This document shows, piece by piece, positions 33,438 to 43,962 of a DNA stretch of 54,022 bases (the first letter of the stretch is position 1; each line of letters begins with the position of its first letter). The notes under the pieces were generated by a model. It did not search any database. It was not told where the DNA came from and was given only the letters and a program-made list of their open reading frames with translations. Origin of the DNA: Patescibacteria group bacterium (GTDB taxonomy: Bacteria; Patescibacteriota; Minisyncoccia; UBA6257; Brennerbacteraceae); assembly GCA_040753135.1 (NCBI GenBank), contig JBFMGR010000004.1, positions 1 to 54,022 of the forward strand, in the 5' to 3' direction. Made by a program: the position numbers and the translations under genes.

Positions 33438-34106
33438 TCAAAACGCCGACTGAAAAATCACCATTTTATTAAGCTTGGTTTCTTGGCCAAAATAATTAAT
33501 CGCTTTAAGCTCAATCAAATTAACCTCGCCGCTCAAATAAAGATTTTTTTCAAACTGATGGTTGTTTTTCAAAAAAACCCGTTCCCCGTTAATGAAAAAC
33601 TCCTTGGTTTTGCCCCAGACTTTGCCGGAAACTAAATAATAGCTTGAACTGCTGGTTTCAGAAAAATCAGCCAGAATAATTTTTGGCGGCAGAGCTAAAG
33701 AAGCCAGCTGATAAATTAGATAAGCCAAAAAAATAAAAACAACTATCAGTAAAGGGTGCCAATTAAACCGAAAGAAAAACCGATTCAACTTGAACCGATT
33801 CGGCGGCAGCAGATCATTTTTGCCTGATTGCTTAAACTCGACCTGATTTTTAGCCAACCCAAACAGCTCTTGGTAATCAGCTTGGCAAAAACGGGCGTAT
33901 TTTTTTAAAATGCCTTTTAGATAAGGCAGAGAAGAAATCCGAGAAAAATTATCCGCCTCAATTTCCATCATCAGCTCTTCGGACAAACCCGAGAGCTGGG
34001 ACAGCTGAACTAAACTCAAGCCAGCTGATTCCCGAAGAGTTTTTAACTGCTCGCCAATACCTAACGGTTGTTTTTGGTTTTCAGTCTGCTTCATAATTAA
34101 ACTCAT
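33438..34106 (-). CDS. RodZ-like HTH (XRE) membrane protein
   Basis: HTH LGIGEQLKTLRESAGLSLVQLSQLSGLS, a central TM helix and a beta-rich C-terminus. Start uncertain (ATG 34106 or 34094). Overlaps the ftsK 3' end. Confidence 0.55.
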   Translation of the reverse strand: MSLIMKQTENQKQPLGIGEQLKTLRESAGLSLVQLSQLSGLSEELMMEIEADNFSRISSLPYLKGILKKYARFCQADYQELFGLAKNQVEFKQSGKNDLLPPNRFKLNRFFFRFNWHPLLIVVFIFLAYLIYQLASLALPPKIILADFSETSSSSYYLVSGKVWGKTKEFFINGERVFLKNNHQFEKNLYLSGEVNLIELKAINYFGQETKLNKMVIFQSAF

Positions 34107-36225
34107 CTGAATTATCTTGGCCGGTAAACTCCTGATCTTGAATGTAAACTTCCCGGGGTTTTGCCCCTTGAGCCTGGCCAATTACGCCTCTGGCTTCAAG
34201 CATATCCAAAAGCCGGGCCGCCCGGGCATAACCAATTCGCAAGCGCCGCTGAAGCAAAGAAGCAGAGGCTTTTCGCGATTGAACCACCACTTCATAAGCT
34301 CTTTGATAAAGCTCGTCTTCATCGCCCAAAAGCTCTGACTCCCGAACCTCAGCCAAATCCTGATTGAGCATCTCTAAAATATCTGAATCATAGCCAAACT
34401 CTTCACCCAAGATTTTTTTGCCTGTTTGCTTCAAGTAATCAACCACCCGCTCAACTTCTTTTTCGCTGATATAAGAAGCTTGAATTCTTTTTGGTTTAGA
34501 AGTTTCCGCAGAGATAAAAAGCAGATCGCCCCGGCCCAAAAGCTTTTCTGCTCCAGCCGCGTCCAAAATTGTTCTTGAATCAACCTGAGAAGCAACCTGA
34601 AAAGCGATTCGGGCAGTAATATTGGCTTTAATCAAACCGGTAATCACTTCAACCGAGGGCCGTTGAGTTGAAACAATTAAATGGATTCCGGTTGCTCTGG
34701 CCATCTGGGATAAACGAATAATAATTGCTTCAAGCTCTTTGCCGTAAACTGACATTAAATCAGCTAACTCGTCAATAAAAATCAAAATATAAGGCAGGGC
34801 TTTTTCTTTGTTTTTGCCGATTTTTTGGTTGTAAGAAAGAATATCCCTGGCTTTTTCTTCAAGCAAAAGATCATAACGCCGTTCCATTTCAGTAATCGCC
34901 CATTTTAAGGCCAAAATCGCTTTTTTACCTTGAGTAATCACCGGACAAAGAAGATAAGGAATATCCTCGTAAGCAGAAAGCTCAACTCTTTTTGGATCAA
35001 TCAAAATAAACCGAAGCGAATCAGGCGGATTGCGATAAACCAATGAAGTTAAGATGCTATGAATAAAAATTGATTTACCGGCGCCGGTCGCGCCAGCAAT
35101 AAGCAAATGGGGCAGCTTGGAAACATCAGTCAGAACCGGAGCGCCCATTACATCTCGGCCTAAAGGAAAAAGCAAAGGCGCCGGGGAATCGGCAAAGCCA
35201 GGGGATTCAACTAAAGATCTCAACCTAACCAAGCTCGGAGTTTTGTTCGGCACTTCAATCCCAACCAAAGATTTGCCTGGTATTGGTGCCTCAATCCGTA
35301 ATGGATGGGCGGCCAAAGCTAAAGCTAAGTCGTTCTGAAGCGCCACGATTCGGGAAAGCTTAATCCCTTGGGCTGGTTTTAAAGTATACTGGGTTACGGT
35401 CGGGCCGATATTAATCTCCCCCATCTCCACGGCAATGCCAAAATCCGCTAAAGTTCTTTGAATAATTTGGGAATTAACTCGAATATCGCCAACAGTCGGT
35501 TTAGTACCATCGGTTTCTAATAAATCTAAAGACGGAAACTGCCAGCCCGAAGAATCAATAAAAGGTTTTTTAAATCTCTGGACACCGGTTATTTTTCTCT
35601 CTGCCTGAACAACGGATTTTGGCTCAATTTTTTCTTCTAAACCATCCGGTTGAATTGGTTCAGAAACAGGCAAACGAATCTTGTCCAACTTAACTAAAGG
35701 CCGCTGCTTTCTTGCGGCTAAGAAATCTTTAGCCAGATTGCCAAAATCCAGGACAAAACCAATGATTAAAAGGGTCAAAAAGCCAATCAAGCTTGGCCAA
35801 AAACCAATAATCTTTTCCAAACTGCCAAAAAAGCGGCCCAAAATCCCAAACCAACCCGGACCAAGCAAGTCGCCCGAACCAAGCAAAGCAACTAAAATTA
35901 AAAACAGGCCAAAACCGGTATCAAAATAATTTTTTTCCTGATCCGGTTTAAATAAAGTGAAAAAACCAAAAACAAAAAAGCTCAATGGCACCAGCCACTT
36001 GCCCCAGCCAAATAAATCTTCAAACAAAGCCAACAATAGCCTGCCCAGCGGTCCGGCTAAATTAAAAAAGGCTAAAACAAATAAAAATCCAAAAAATACC
36101 GAGCCGGCGCCGAGAATAACTTTCTTTGCCTCGGGATTCAGCTTGCCGAATTTGAGATAATTAAAGATGCCCAACAGACGAAGTGGTGTTTTCAAGCGAG
36201 ATTTAGTTTTTCTTTTTCTTGCCAT
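34081..36225 (-). CDS. ftsK: DNA translocase FtsK
   Basis: N-terminal TM helices, Walker A GATGAGKS, gamma winged helix LLQRRLRIGYARAARLLDMLE. ATG 36225 preferred over TTG 36264. Confidence 0.9.
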   Translation of the reverse strand: MARKRKTKSRLKTPLRLLGIFNYLKFGKLNPEAKKVILGAGSVFFGFLFVLAFFNLAGPLGRLLLALFEDLFGWGKWLVPLSFFVFGFFTLFKPDQEKNYFDTGFGLFLILVALLGSGDLLGPGWFGILGRFFGSLEKIIGFWPSLIGFLTLLIIGFVLDFGNLAKDFLAARKQRPLVKLDKIRLPVSEPIQPDGLEEKIEPKSVVQAERKITGVQRFKKPFIDSSGWQFPSLDLLETDGTKPTVGDIRVNSQIIQRTLADFGIAVEMGEINIGPTVTQYTLKPAQGIKLSRIVALQNDLALALAAHPLRIEAPIPGKSLVGIEVPNKTPSLVRLRSLVESPGFADSPAPLLFPLGRDVMGAPVLTDVSKLPHLLIAGATGAGKSIFIHSILTSLVYRNPPDSLRFILIDPKRVELSAYEDIPYLLCPVITQGKKAILALKWAITEMERRYDLLLEEKARDILSYNQKIGKNKEKALPYILIFIDELADLMSVYGKELEAIIIRLSQMARATGIHLIVSTQRPSVEVITGLIKANITARIAFQVASQVDSRTILDAAGAEKLLGRGDLLFISAETSKPKRIQASYISEKEVERVVDYLKQTGKKILGEEFGYDSDILEMLNQDLAEVRESELLGDEDELYQRAYEVVVQSRKASASLLQRRLRIGYARAARLLDMLEARGVIGQAQGAKPREVYIQDQEFTGQDNSDEFNYEAD

Positions 36226-36272
36226 TGCTATTGAAATTGTAGCCCGTCTCCGAACAATTTTCAAATTAAAAA

Positions 36273-36301
36273 GAAAAAATCCCGCTTAGCGGGATTTTTT
36301 C
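36273..36301 (-). terminator. Intrinsic terminator whose loop contains the rpoC stop codon
   Basis: ATCCCGC-TAA-GCGGGAT followed by TTTTTT on the minus strand. Confidence 0.7.
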
Positions 36302-39300
36302 TTTTTCTGAGATTTAGCTCCACCGAATCTAGTCCGATCTTGTTTTCTAAATCCGGTCCCAGCCGGAATCATCTTGCCGATAATCACATTTTCTTTAAGG
36401 CCGCGGAGATAATCAACCTTACCGGCTAAAGCGGCGTTAATCAAAATCCGGGAAGTGTGCTGGAAAGAAGCCGCTGACAAAAATCCTTCAGCGCTCAAGG
36501 CGGCTTTGGTAATTCCGGTAATCAACTGACCGGCTTTGGCTAATTTTTTCTTTTCTTTTTTCAGCTGGTCGTTAACTAACAAAAATCTTGACCGATCAAT
36601 AACCTCTCCGGGCAGAAATCCAGAATCCCCCGGATCCTTAATCTGAACCCGAGAGAACATCAACCTGACAATTACCTCAATATACCGGTCATCAATATCA
36701 GCTCCCTGGCCAAGATAAATCTTCTTTATCTCTTTAATAATATACTCTTCGGCTGTTTTTTTACCCAGAATATTTAAAATTTCCCCAATATCAAAGTTTC
36801 CTTCTGACAAAGGTTGACCCTTTTTCACTGCTTGTCCAGTTTTGACTAAAACATCTAAGCCCGAGCTAACTGGATATTCATCAAGCGCTTGTTTTTTCTT
36901 AGATTTAGATTTTGTTTTTTCTGATTCTGGCTTAATCTGAATTACTTTTTCTGCTCCGACACTGATAATATCTTTAACCAGACCGGCTCTTTTTGCTAAA
37001 CCAGCTTTACCTTTCGGTGAATGAAGCTCAAAGATCTCCTCCACCCGGGGTAAACCCTGGGTAATATCAACAGCAGAAGCAATCCCGCCGGTATGGAAAG
37101 TTCTTAGGGTCAGCTGGGTGCCGGGTTCGCCAATAGATTGAGCTGAAACAACGCCAACCGCATCTCCTAAATTAACCAGTCTATCCCGACCCAGATCATA
37201 GCCAAAACATTTTTGGCAAAGCCCAAACCTGGTCCGACAATACATCGGCGACCTAACCCTGATTTTGTCAATCTCGCTCTCAACAATTAATTTTGCTTTA
37301 GTCCAATCAATTACCTCGCCTTTTTTGGCTAAAACCTTCCTGCCCAGCTTAACATCTTCAACCAAAACCCGGCCATAAATAACCTTGAAAAAATCCTGCA
37401 TCATTACTTTTTCGACTCTTTTTCTGCTGATTAGGCGGCCAACTTTATCGCCGCAATCTTGTTCCCGAATCACTACATCTTGAGCCACATCAACCAAACG
37501 TCGAGTCAAATAACCGGCATCAGCGGTTCGCAAGGCAGTATCAACCAAACCTTTGCGCGCCCCATGAACAGAGATAAAATACTCTAAGGGGTTCAGGCCT
37601 TCTTTATAGCAGCCCTCAACCGGCACTTCATAAACCCGGCCTGATGGCCCGGAAACCAAACCTTTCATCACCATCATCTGCTGGGCTTGATCTTCGTTGC
37701 CGCTTGCTTTTGACTTAATCAAGTTCAAAACCGAACCATCAGCAGGCAGAGTTTTGCTAATTAATCCCTTTAGTTCAGAGATAGTTCTAGTCCAGATCTC
37801 AATCGCTCTGATCTCTTTTTCTTTTTCAGAGATCAGGCCGTTCACCAGTTGGTCAGTAATTAACTGAATCTGCTTTTTTGCCTCGTTAACCAAATATTCT
37901 CTTTCTTCGGGAATAATCAAATCATCCATGCCCCAAGAAGTTCCGGATAGAGTCGCATATTTAAAGCCCAAATCTTTAAAACCATTCAAAAACTCTCCGG
38001 CTGATTCCGGCCCCTTTAATCTAATCAGCTCATTAATGATTTTCTGGGCTGTTTTTTTGTCAATCGCCTGATTAACAAATAAACTTTCTTCTGGCAAAAT
38101 CTGGTTAAAGATTATCCGGCCAACGGTTGTCTCTAAATATTTTTCCTCAATTCGCTTTAAGCGAGAATTGTTTTTGTCAACTAAAATTTTAATTTTTTCC
38201 TTTAGGCCAATTTGCCCAAGTTCATATGCATAAATTGCCTGTTCAAACGAAGAAAAAACTTTTAAAGCCCCTGCTTCTGGTTGACTAAAATCAGTTAACC
38301 AATAAAGCCCAAGAATGATTCCTTTGGTCGGCTCGGCAATTGGATCGCCAGTGGCCGGTTTTAAAACATTTATTGAGGCAAGCATCAATTCTTCAGCTTC
38401 GGCCTGGGCTTCTTTTGATAAAGGTAAGTGCACTGCCATGGCATCGCCGTCAAAATCAGCATTAAATGCCTGACAAACCAAAGGGGGAATCTGAATTGCC
38501 AATCCTTCAATTAAAACCGGCTTAAAAGCTTGAACCGAAAGCCGATGCAAAGTTGGCGCCCGGTTTAAAAGAATGTATTTATTCTGAATTGCCTCTTCCA
38601 AAATATCCCAGACAACCGGATCCTGGTCCTCAATCATTCTAGAAGCAGTTTTAGTATTGTGGGCCAGTTCTTTTGCAATTAAACCGTGGATAATTAGGGG
38701 TTTGAAAATTTCCAGAGCCATTTTTTTCGGCACTCCGCACTCATTTAAACCAAGCCCTGGGCCAACAACAATTACTGAACGTCCAGAATAATCAACCCTT
38801 TTGCCAAGAAGATTTTGCCTAAACCGGCCCTGTTTGCCTTTTAAAATATCCGCTAAAGAACGCAGCGGCCGGCGGCCGGCAGTCATTGCAGTCCGGGACC
38901 CGGCTTGGGTTTTCCGACTAGAATTATCAATCAGGGCGTCAACCGCTTCTTGAAGCATTCTTTTTTCATTCCTAACAATCACTTCAGGAGAGTTCAATTC
39001 AATCAATTTTTTCAATCGGTTGTTCCGATTAATAATTCGGCGATAAAGATCATTTAGGTCCGAAGAAGCATAGCGGCCGCCGTCTAACTGAACCATTGGT
39101 CTCAAATCTGGCGGAATTACTGGCAAAGTCGTAAAGAACATCGCTTCCGGATTGACCCCGGAATTAATTAAAGACTTAACGAATTTTAATCTCTGTAAAA
39201 GCTTTTTCCTTGATTGCGATTTTTTTTCTTTTGACTCCTTTACTAAGGAACGATAGAGTTTCTTCAAGTCTAAGTTTTCCAAAATTTTCCTAATCGGTTC

Positions 39301-40002
39301 AGCGCCGGTCTCTGCTTCAAAAACATGGCCGAACTTCATTGCCAATTGCTGATATTCAAGTTCAGTTAAAATTCGTTTTTCTTCAATAGAAAGAATGCTA
39401 TCTTTTATCCTTTTGTAAATGCTCTCCAGCTTCTTCAGATCATCAGCCAGGGTTTTACCCTTTTTTTCTTTTTTCAGAACTTTGGTTTTTGAAGAAAACT
39501 CGGTTTCTAAATCAGCCAAAACTTTCTTCTTCACCTCTTGGTCAACCCGGGTAATAATATAGCCGGTGTAATAAATCACTTTTTCTAACTGGGGCAAAGA
39601 AAGATCAAGCAAACTGCCAATTCGTGAGGGAATGCCGCGCAAAAACCAGATATGGACGCAAGGAGCTGCCAAAGCAATGTGGCCCATCCGTTCTCGCCTG
39701 ACAATTGAGTTAGTCACCTCAACCCCGCAACGGTCGCAAACCACGCCTTTATAACGGATTTTTTTATACTTGCCGCAATAACACTCAAAATCTTTGGTTG
39801 GGCCAAAAATTCTTTCGGAAAACAAACCGTCTTTTTCCGGCCGCTGGGTTCGGTAATTAATTGTCTCCGGCTTAGTTACTTCACCATAAGACCAAGACAA
39901 AATCTCTTGTTCAGAAGCAAGAAAGAGCCGGATTGCTTCAAAATCAACAATGTTTAAAATGCTCTGGTGTTTTTTTATTTGTTTTTGGAGTTTTGTTACC
40001 AT
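36286..40002 (-). CDS. rpoC: DNA-directed RNA polymerase subunit beta'
   Basis: 1238 aa, catalytic NADFDGD, zinc-binding CYCGKY..CDRCG. Confidence 0.97.
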   Translation of the reverse strand: MVTKLQKQIKKHQSILNIVDFEAIRLFLASEQEILSWSYGEVTKPETINYRTQRPEKDGLFSERIFGPTKDFECYCGKYKKIRYKGVVCDRCGVEVTNSIVRRERMGHIALAAPCVHIWFLRGIPSRIGSLLDLSLPQLEKVIYYTGYIITRVDQEVKKKVLADLETEFSSKTKVLKKEKKGKTLADDLKKLESIYKRIKDSILSIEEKRILTELEYQQLAMKFGHVFEAETGAEPIRKILENLDLKKLYRSLVKESKEKKSQSRKKLLQRLKFVKSLINSGVNPEAMFFTTLPVIPPDLRPMVQLDGGRYASSDLNDLYRRIINRNNRLKKLIELNSPEVIVRNEKRMLQEAVDALIDNSSRKTQAGSRTAMTAGRRPLRSLADILKGKQGRFRQNLLGKRVDYSGRSVIVVGPGLGLNECGVPKKMALEIFKPLIIHGLIAKELAHNTKTASRMIEDQDPVVWDILEEAIQNKYILLNRAPTLHRLSVQAFKPVLIEGLAIQIPPLVCQAFNADFDGDAMAVHLPLSKEAQAEAEELMLASINVLKPATGDPIAEPTKGIILGLYWLTDFSQPEAGALKVFSSFEQAIYAYELGQIGLKEKIKILVDKNNSRLKRIEEKYLETTVGRIIFNQILPEESLFVNQAIDKKTAQKIINELIRLKGPESAGEFLNGFKDLGFKYATLSGTSWGMDDLIIPEEREYLVNEAKKQIQLITDQLVNGLISEKEKEIRAIEIWTRTISELKGLISKTLPADGSVLNLIKSKASGNEDQAQQMMVMKGLVSGPSGRVYEVPVEGCYKEGLNPLEYFISVHGARKGLVDTALRTADAGYLTRRLVDVAQDVVIREQDCGDKVGRLISRKRVEKVMMQDFFKVIYGRVLVEDVKLGRKVLAKKGEVIDWTKAKLIVESEIDKIRVRSPMYCRTRFGLCQKCFGYDLGRDRLVNLGDAVGVVSAQSIGEPGTQLTLRTFHTGGIASAVDITQGLPRVEEIFELHSPKGKAGLAKRAGLVKDIISVGAEKVIQIKPESEKTKSKSKKKQALDEYPVSSGLDVLVKTGQAVKKGQPLSEGNFDIGEILNILGKKTAEEYIIKEIKKIYLGQGADIDDRYIEVIVRLMFSRVQIKDPGDSGFLPGEVIDRSRFLLVNDQLKKEKKKLAKAGQLITGITKAALSAEGFLSAASFQHTSRILINAALAGKVDYLRGLKENVIIGKMIPAGTGFRKQDRTRFGGAKSQKKKKSR

Positions 40003-40012
40003 GGCTTAAAAT

Positions 40013-43000
40013 TTAATCTTCTTCGTCTTCAGCTTCTTCAGCCCGCCTCTCGGCCTGGGTTTTTTCGCCAATCAGTTCGGTCCCCAGGGCCATTCCCTTT
40101 AGTTCACTCACCATTACCGCAAAAGAAGCCGGAATATTGGGTTTTTTGATCTCTTCGCCTTTAACCAAAGCCTCATAAGTTGCCGCCCGACCAAAGATAT
40201 CGTCAGATTTTATTGTCATCACTTCTTGTAAAGTATGGGCGGCGCCATAACCTTCTAAAGCCCAAACTTCCATCTCGCCAAATCTTTGGCCGCCGCCCCT
40301 AGCTTTACCGCCCAATGGCTGCTGGGTAATCAAAGAATAAGGTCCGATTGAACGCATATGAATCTTGTCTTCAACCAGATGGTTCAGTTTCATAATGTAA
40401 ATATAACCAACAGTAATCTTGTTCCCAAAAGCCTCATTGGTCCGGCCATCAAAAACCCTGGCCTGTCCAGATTCGGGCAAACCAGCTGTTTTTAACTCTT
40501 GCTTTATCTGATCTTCTTTAGCGCCGCTGAAAACCGGGGTCACCGCCCGATAGCCCAATCTTGACGCGGCCCAACCAAGATGAGTTTCCAAAATCTGGCC
40601 TAAGTTCATTCTTTTGATTACGCCAACTGGATTTAAAACAATATCAACCGGCGTGCCATCTTCTAAATAAGGCATGTCCTCGACCGGAACGATGATTGAA
40701 ACTACGCCCTTATTGCCGTGCCGGCCAGCCAATTTATCACCAACAGTGATCTTTCTTAATTCTGCTACTTCAATATAAATTCTTTTAATTACTCCGGGCT
40801 GGAGCTTATCACCTTTATCTCGGGAAAAAACTTTAACCCCAACCACCCGGCCCCTCCGACCATGCTCCAACCGCAAAGAACTATCCTTTACGTCTTTAGC
40901 TTTTTCTCCGAAAATTGCCCGCAAGAGCTTTTCTTCAGCAGACAGCTCCTCTTCGCCCCGAGGCGTGATCTTGCCGACTAAAATGTCATTTTCTTTAACC
41001 TCGGCGCCGATTCTGACAACACCTTCTTCATCTAAATCTTTTAATTTTTCTTCAGCAACATTAGGAATGTCCGGAGTAGTCATCTCGCTTCCGAGCTTGG
41101 TCTCCCGGACATCGCAACTAAATTCATGGATATGGACTGAGCTGAATAAATCCTCTTTCACCACTCGTTCAGAGATAATAATCGCATCTTCAAAGTTATA
41201 ACCGTACCAGGGCAGAAAAGCCACCAATAAATTCTGGCCCAAAGCTAAAACTCCTTTGTCTGTTGATTCGCCATCGGCAATAACCTGGCCTTTTTGAACC
41301 CGGTCGCCTTTTTTAACTAATGGCCTTTGGTTGATGCAAGTATATTGATTAGTTTTTAAAAACTTGCTCAATTGATAAACAATCTGTTTTTTCTCTGGCT
41401 TTAAATATTTAATGATTATTTTCTCTGCATCAGCTTCAATTACTTCGCCTTCGCCCTGGCTAACAATCACCTGACCAGAATCATAAGCGGCTTTTTCTTC
41501 AAATCCGGTGCCAACTAATGGCGCTTGAGGAATAATACAAGGCACCGCTTGGCGCTGCATATTCGAACCCATTAAAGCCCGATTGCCGTCAGTGTTTTCC
41601 AAAAAAGGAATTAAGCCGGCAGCAATAGAAACTAACTGATGGGCTGAGGCGTCAATTAAATCAACGTCTTGCTTTCTGACCGCATCAACTCCGCCACTGA
41701 TCCGAACCCGAACAATATTTTTTATCAATTCTCCTTTTTCATTTAATTCGGCGGCACCATGAGCGATTTTATACTTTTCTTCTTCATAGGCATCTAGCCA
41801 AATTACTTTGCCGGTGATTTTTCCATTTTTAACCTCTATATAAGGAGTTTCAATAAAACCAAGGTGATTGACCCGGCTCAAACAAGCATAAGAAGCAACC
41901 AGGCCGATATTAGCGCCTTCGGGCGTTTGAATTGGACAGATTCTGCCGTAATGACTCAAATGAACATCTCGGACTTCCAAACCAGCCCGCTCTCGCTTCA
42001 ATCCGCCCGGCCCTGTGCTTGAGATTCTTCTTTTATGCTCCAATTGAGACAGGGGATTGGTTTGCTCATTATAGTGAGATAATTGAGAGAGCATTAGAAA
42101 CTCTTTAATCGCTGAAATAATCGGTTTAGGAACAATTAATTGAGCCGGATTGATTGTCGCCGGATCAACGGTTGAAATCCTGTCCTGAATAATCCTTCGG
42201 GCCCGACCCATGCCAACAACCAAACGCTCTTTCAAAAGTTCGCCCACCGCCCTGATTCTTCGATTGCCCAGATGATCAATGTCATCCGGCTTTGCTCCTG
42301 GAGTGTTGCTCAACCGAATCATCTCTTTAACCACAGCAACTAAATCTTGCTGGTTTAACAGCCGCTCGGCTTGGGAATAGTTTTTCGGCTTAGAATCACC
42401 GAACAACCGTTGGTTAAGTTTAAATCTGCCCACCTCGCCCAGATCATACCTTTCTGGCCGCTGGAACATTGCTTCTAAAAACGATTTGGCATTTTCCAAA
42501 ACCGGCAGCTCGCCCGGCTTTAACCGTTTATAAATCTCTAAATGGGCTTCGGCAACGCTTTTAGCCGAATCAATCTTTAAGGTTTTCTCAATAAAACCGG
42601 AACTTTTATCAACCTCAGCAAACTGTTTTTTTATCTGTTCATCGGTTTCTAAACCAAAAATTCTTAACAGCGAAGTAATTGCTACCCGTCTTTTTTTATC
42701 AATCTTGACTCCGATTGTCCCATAGGCGTCAATGTCAAATTCAAGCCAAGAACCCCGGTTGGGCAGAATTTTGGCGCCAAAAGTCTGTTTCCCGCCCCGA
42801 AGCGAGCTCTCAACAAAATAAACCCCAGATGAACGAATCAACTGGGAAATCACCACTTTTTCCACCCCATTAACAATAAAAGTGCCTTTTGAGGTCATCA
42901 TTGGCAGCTCACCTAAATAGATCTCCTGCTCTTTTGTTTCTTTAGTTTGCTTGTTGATCAGCTTAACCATTACCCGCCAAGGCGCTTCGTAAGTTAAAAA

Positions 43001-43231
43001 ATCGCGCCGAGCTTTTGTCTCGGTAGTTTTGGAATCATCAAACCAGTAATCCCCCCAATAGAGCTCAAATTCTTTGCCGGTGTAATCCTTAATCGGAGAA
43101 TACTCATCAAACACCTGGCGAATGCCTTTTTCAATAAACCAGTGAAAAGAATCAAACTGAACCTGGTCCAGTTGAGGCAAGCTTAAAGACTTTTTTGAAG
43201 CTGAAGAAAAAACTTTTGTTTTGGCAAACAT
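40013..43231 (-). CDS. rpoB: DNA-directed RNA polymerase subunit beta
   Basis: 1072 aa, GEMEVWALEGYGAA and other conserved beta blocks, 10-nt gap to rpoC. Confidence 0.97.
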   Translation of the reverse strand: MFAKTKVFSSASKKSLSLPQLDQVQFDSFHWFIEKGIRQVFDEYSPIKDYTGKEFELYWGDYWFDDSKTTETKARRDFLTYEAPWRVMVKLINKQTKETKEQEIYLGELPMMTSKGTFIVNGVEKVVISQLIRSSGVYFVESSLRGGKQTFGAKILPNRGSWLEFDIDAYGTIGVKIDKKRRVAITSLLRIFGLETDEQIKKQFAEVDKSSGFIEKTLKIDSAKSVAEAHLEIYKRLKPGELPVLENAKSFLEAMFQRPERYDLGEVGRFKLNQRLFGDSKPKNYSQAERLLNQQDLVAVVKEMIRLSNTPGAKPDDIDHLGNRRIRAVGELLKERLVVGMGRARRIIQDRISTVDPATINPAQLIVPKPIISAIKEFLMLSQLSHYNEQTNPLSQLEHKRRISSTGPGGLKRERAGLEVRDVHLSHYGRICPIQTPEGANIGLVASYACLSRVNHLGFIETPYIEVKNGKITGKVIWLDAYEEEKYKIAHGAAELNEKGELIKNIVRVRISGGVDAVRKQDVDLIDASAHQLVSIAAGLIPFLENTDGNRALMGSNMQRQAVPCIIPQAPLVGTGFEEKAAYDSGQVIVSQGEGEVIEADAEKIIIKYLKPEKKQIVYQLSKFLKTNQYTCINQRPLVKKGDRVQKGQVIADGESTDKGVLALGQNLLVAFLPWYGYNFEDAIIISERVVKEDLFSSVHIHEFSCDVRETKLGSEMTTPDIPNVAEEKLKDLDEEGVVRIGAEVKENDILVGKITPRGEEELSAEEKLLRAIFGEKAKDVKDSSLRLEHGRRGRVVGVKVFSRDKGDKLQPGVIKRIYIEVAELRKITVGDKLAGRHGNKGVVSIIVPVEDMPYLEDGTPVDIVLNPVGVIKRMNLGQILETHLGWAASRLGYRAVTPVFSGAKEDQIKQELKTAGLPESGQARVFDGRTNEAFGNKITVGYIYIMKLNHLVEDKIHMRSIGPYSLITQQPLGGKARGGGQRFGEMEVWALEGYGAAHTLQEVMTIKSDDIFGRAATYEALVKGEEIKKPNIPASFAVMVSELKGMALGTELIGEKTQAERRAEEAEDEED

Positions 43232-43391
43232 ATAACTAAATCAAAAATCTAAAAAATATTTTTTAACAAATAATAAAAAAAGAAAAATAAAAATCCTCTT
43301 GATTAAGAGTTTTTAAAAATTGTTTTCAATCTTTAATTGCTAATCTCAGTGGGAATAATACCTTTGGCAATGGTTAATAAAAGCGCTGAGA

Positions 43392-43631
43392 CTATTTTGT
43401 CTTTATTTGATCAAAAAAATTAGCTGTCTGCTTGGCTTTGATAATCGCCTGAACCAAATACCAGTCCAATAAGCCAGATTTCTCCGAAGCTTGAATATGA
43501 AAAAAATCTAAAGCGCTGGATTTTATTTTATGCGATTTTAAAAATTTGTCAAGCCCAAGAATTATCTGGCCGGATTTTTCTGTCTCAAAGCTGTAAAGCT
43601 TGTTTTTTACTGAAAAAGAAACTGTAATCAT
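43392..43631 (-). CDS. Hypothetical 79-aa protein
   Basis: ORF only. No recognisable motif. Confidence 0.35.
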   Translation of the reverse strand: MITVSFSVKNKLYSFETEKSGQIILGLDKFLKSHKIKSSALDFFHIQASEKSGLLDWYLVQAIIKAKQTANFFDQIKTK

Positions 43632-43710
43632 GTAAAAACCAAAGGGCGAGCTAAGAATAATAAATAATGAACAAGGTTCCCCTAAAATACTTTCTAAATT
43701 TTATCATAAA

Positions 43711-43735
43711 TTAAGCCGGGCAAAACCCGGCTTAA
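43711..43735 (-). terminator. Intrinsic terminator overlapping the stop of the 61-aa membrane ORF
   Basis: TTAAGCCGGG-TTTTG-CCCGGCTTAA followed by TTTATGATAAAATTT on the minus strand. Confidence 0.6.
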
Positions 43736-43917
43736 TTCCTGGGTTTTCTGCTGGCCTGCCAAACATAGGCCAGCGTTCCCAGAATCCAGCCAAGCAGGCA
43801 AATCCCTGCCCACTTGGCTATTTCCCATTGCCGCAGCCAAACTGCGGCAACGAGAACCAAACAAGAAATTATCGGCCATAAAAACATTATGGCCGTTAAA
43901 AACTTTAAATTTTCCAT
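43732..43917 (-). CDS. 61-aa two-TM membrane protein
   Basis: SD AGGAGG precedes ATG 43917 (MENLKFLTAIMFLWPII..). Confidence 0.5.
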   Translation of the reverse strand: MENLKFLTAIMFLWPIISCLVLVAAVWLRQWEIAKWAGICLLGWILGTLAYVWQASRKPRN

Positions 43918-43962
43918 CTTACCTCCTTTCAATCAAAATAATAACACGATTAAGAGTCCACG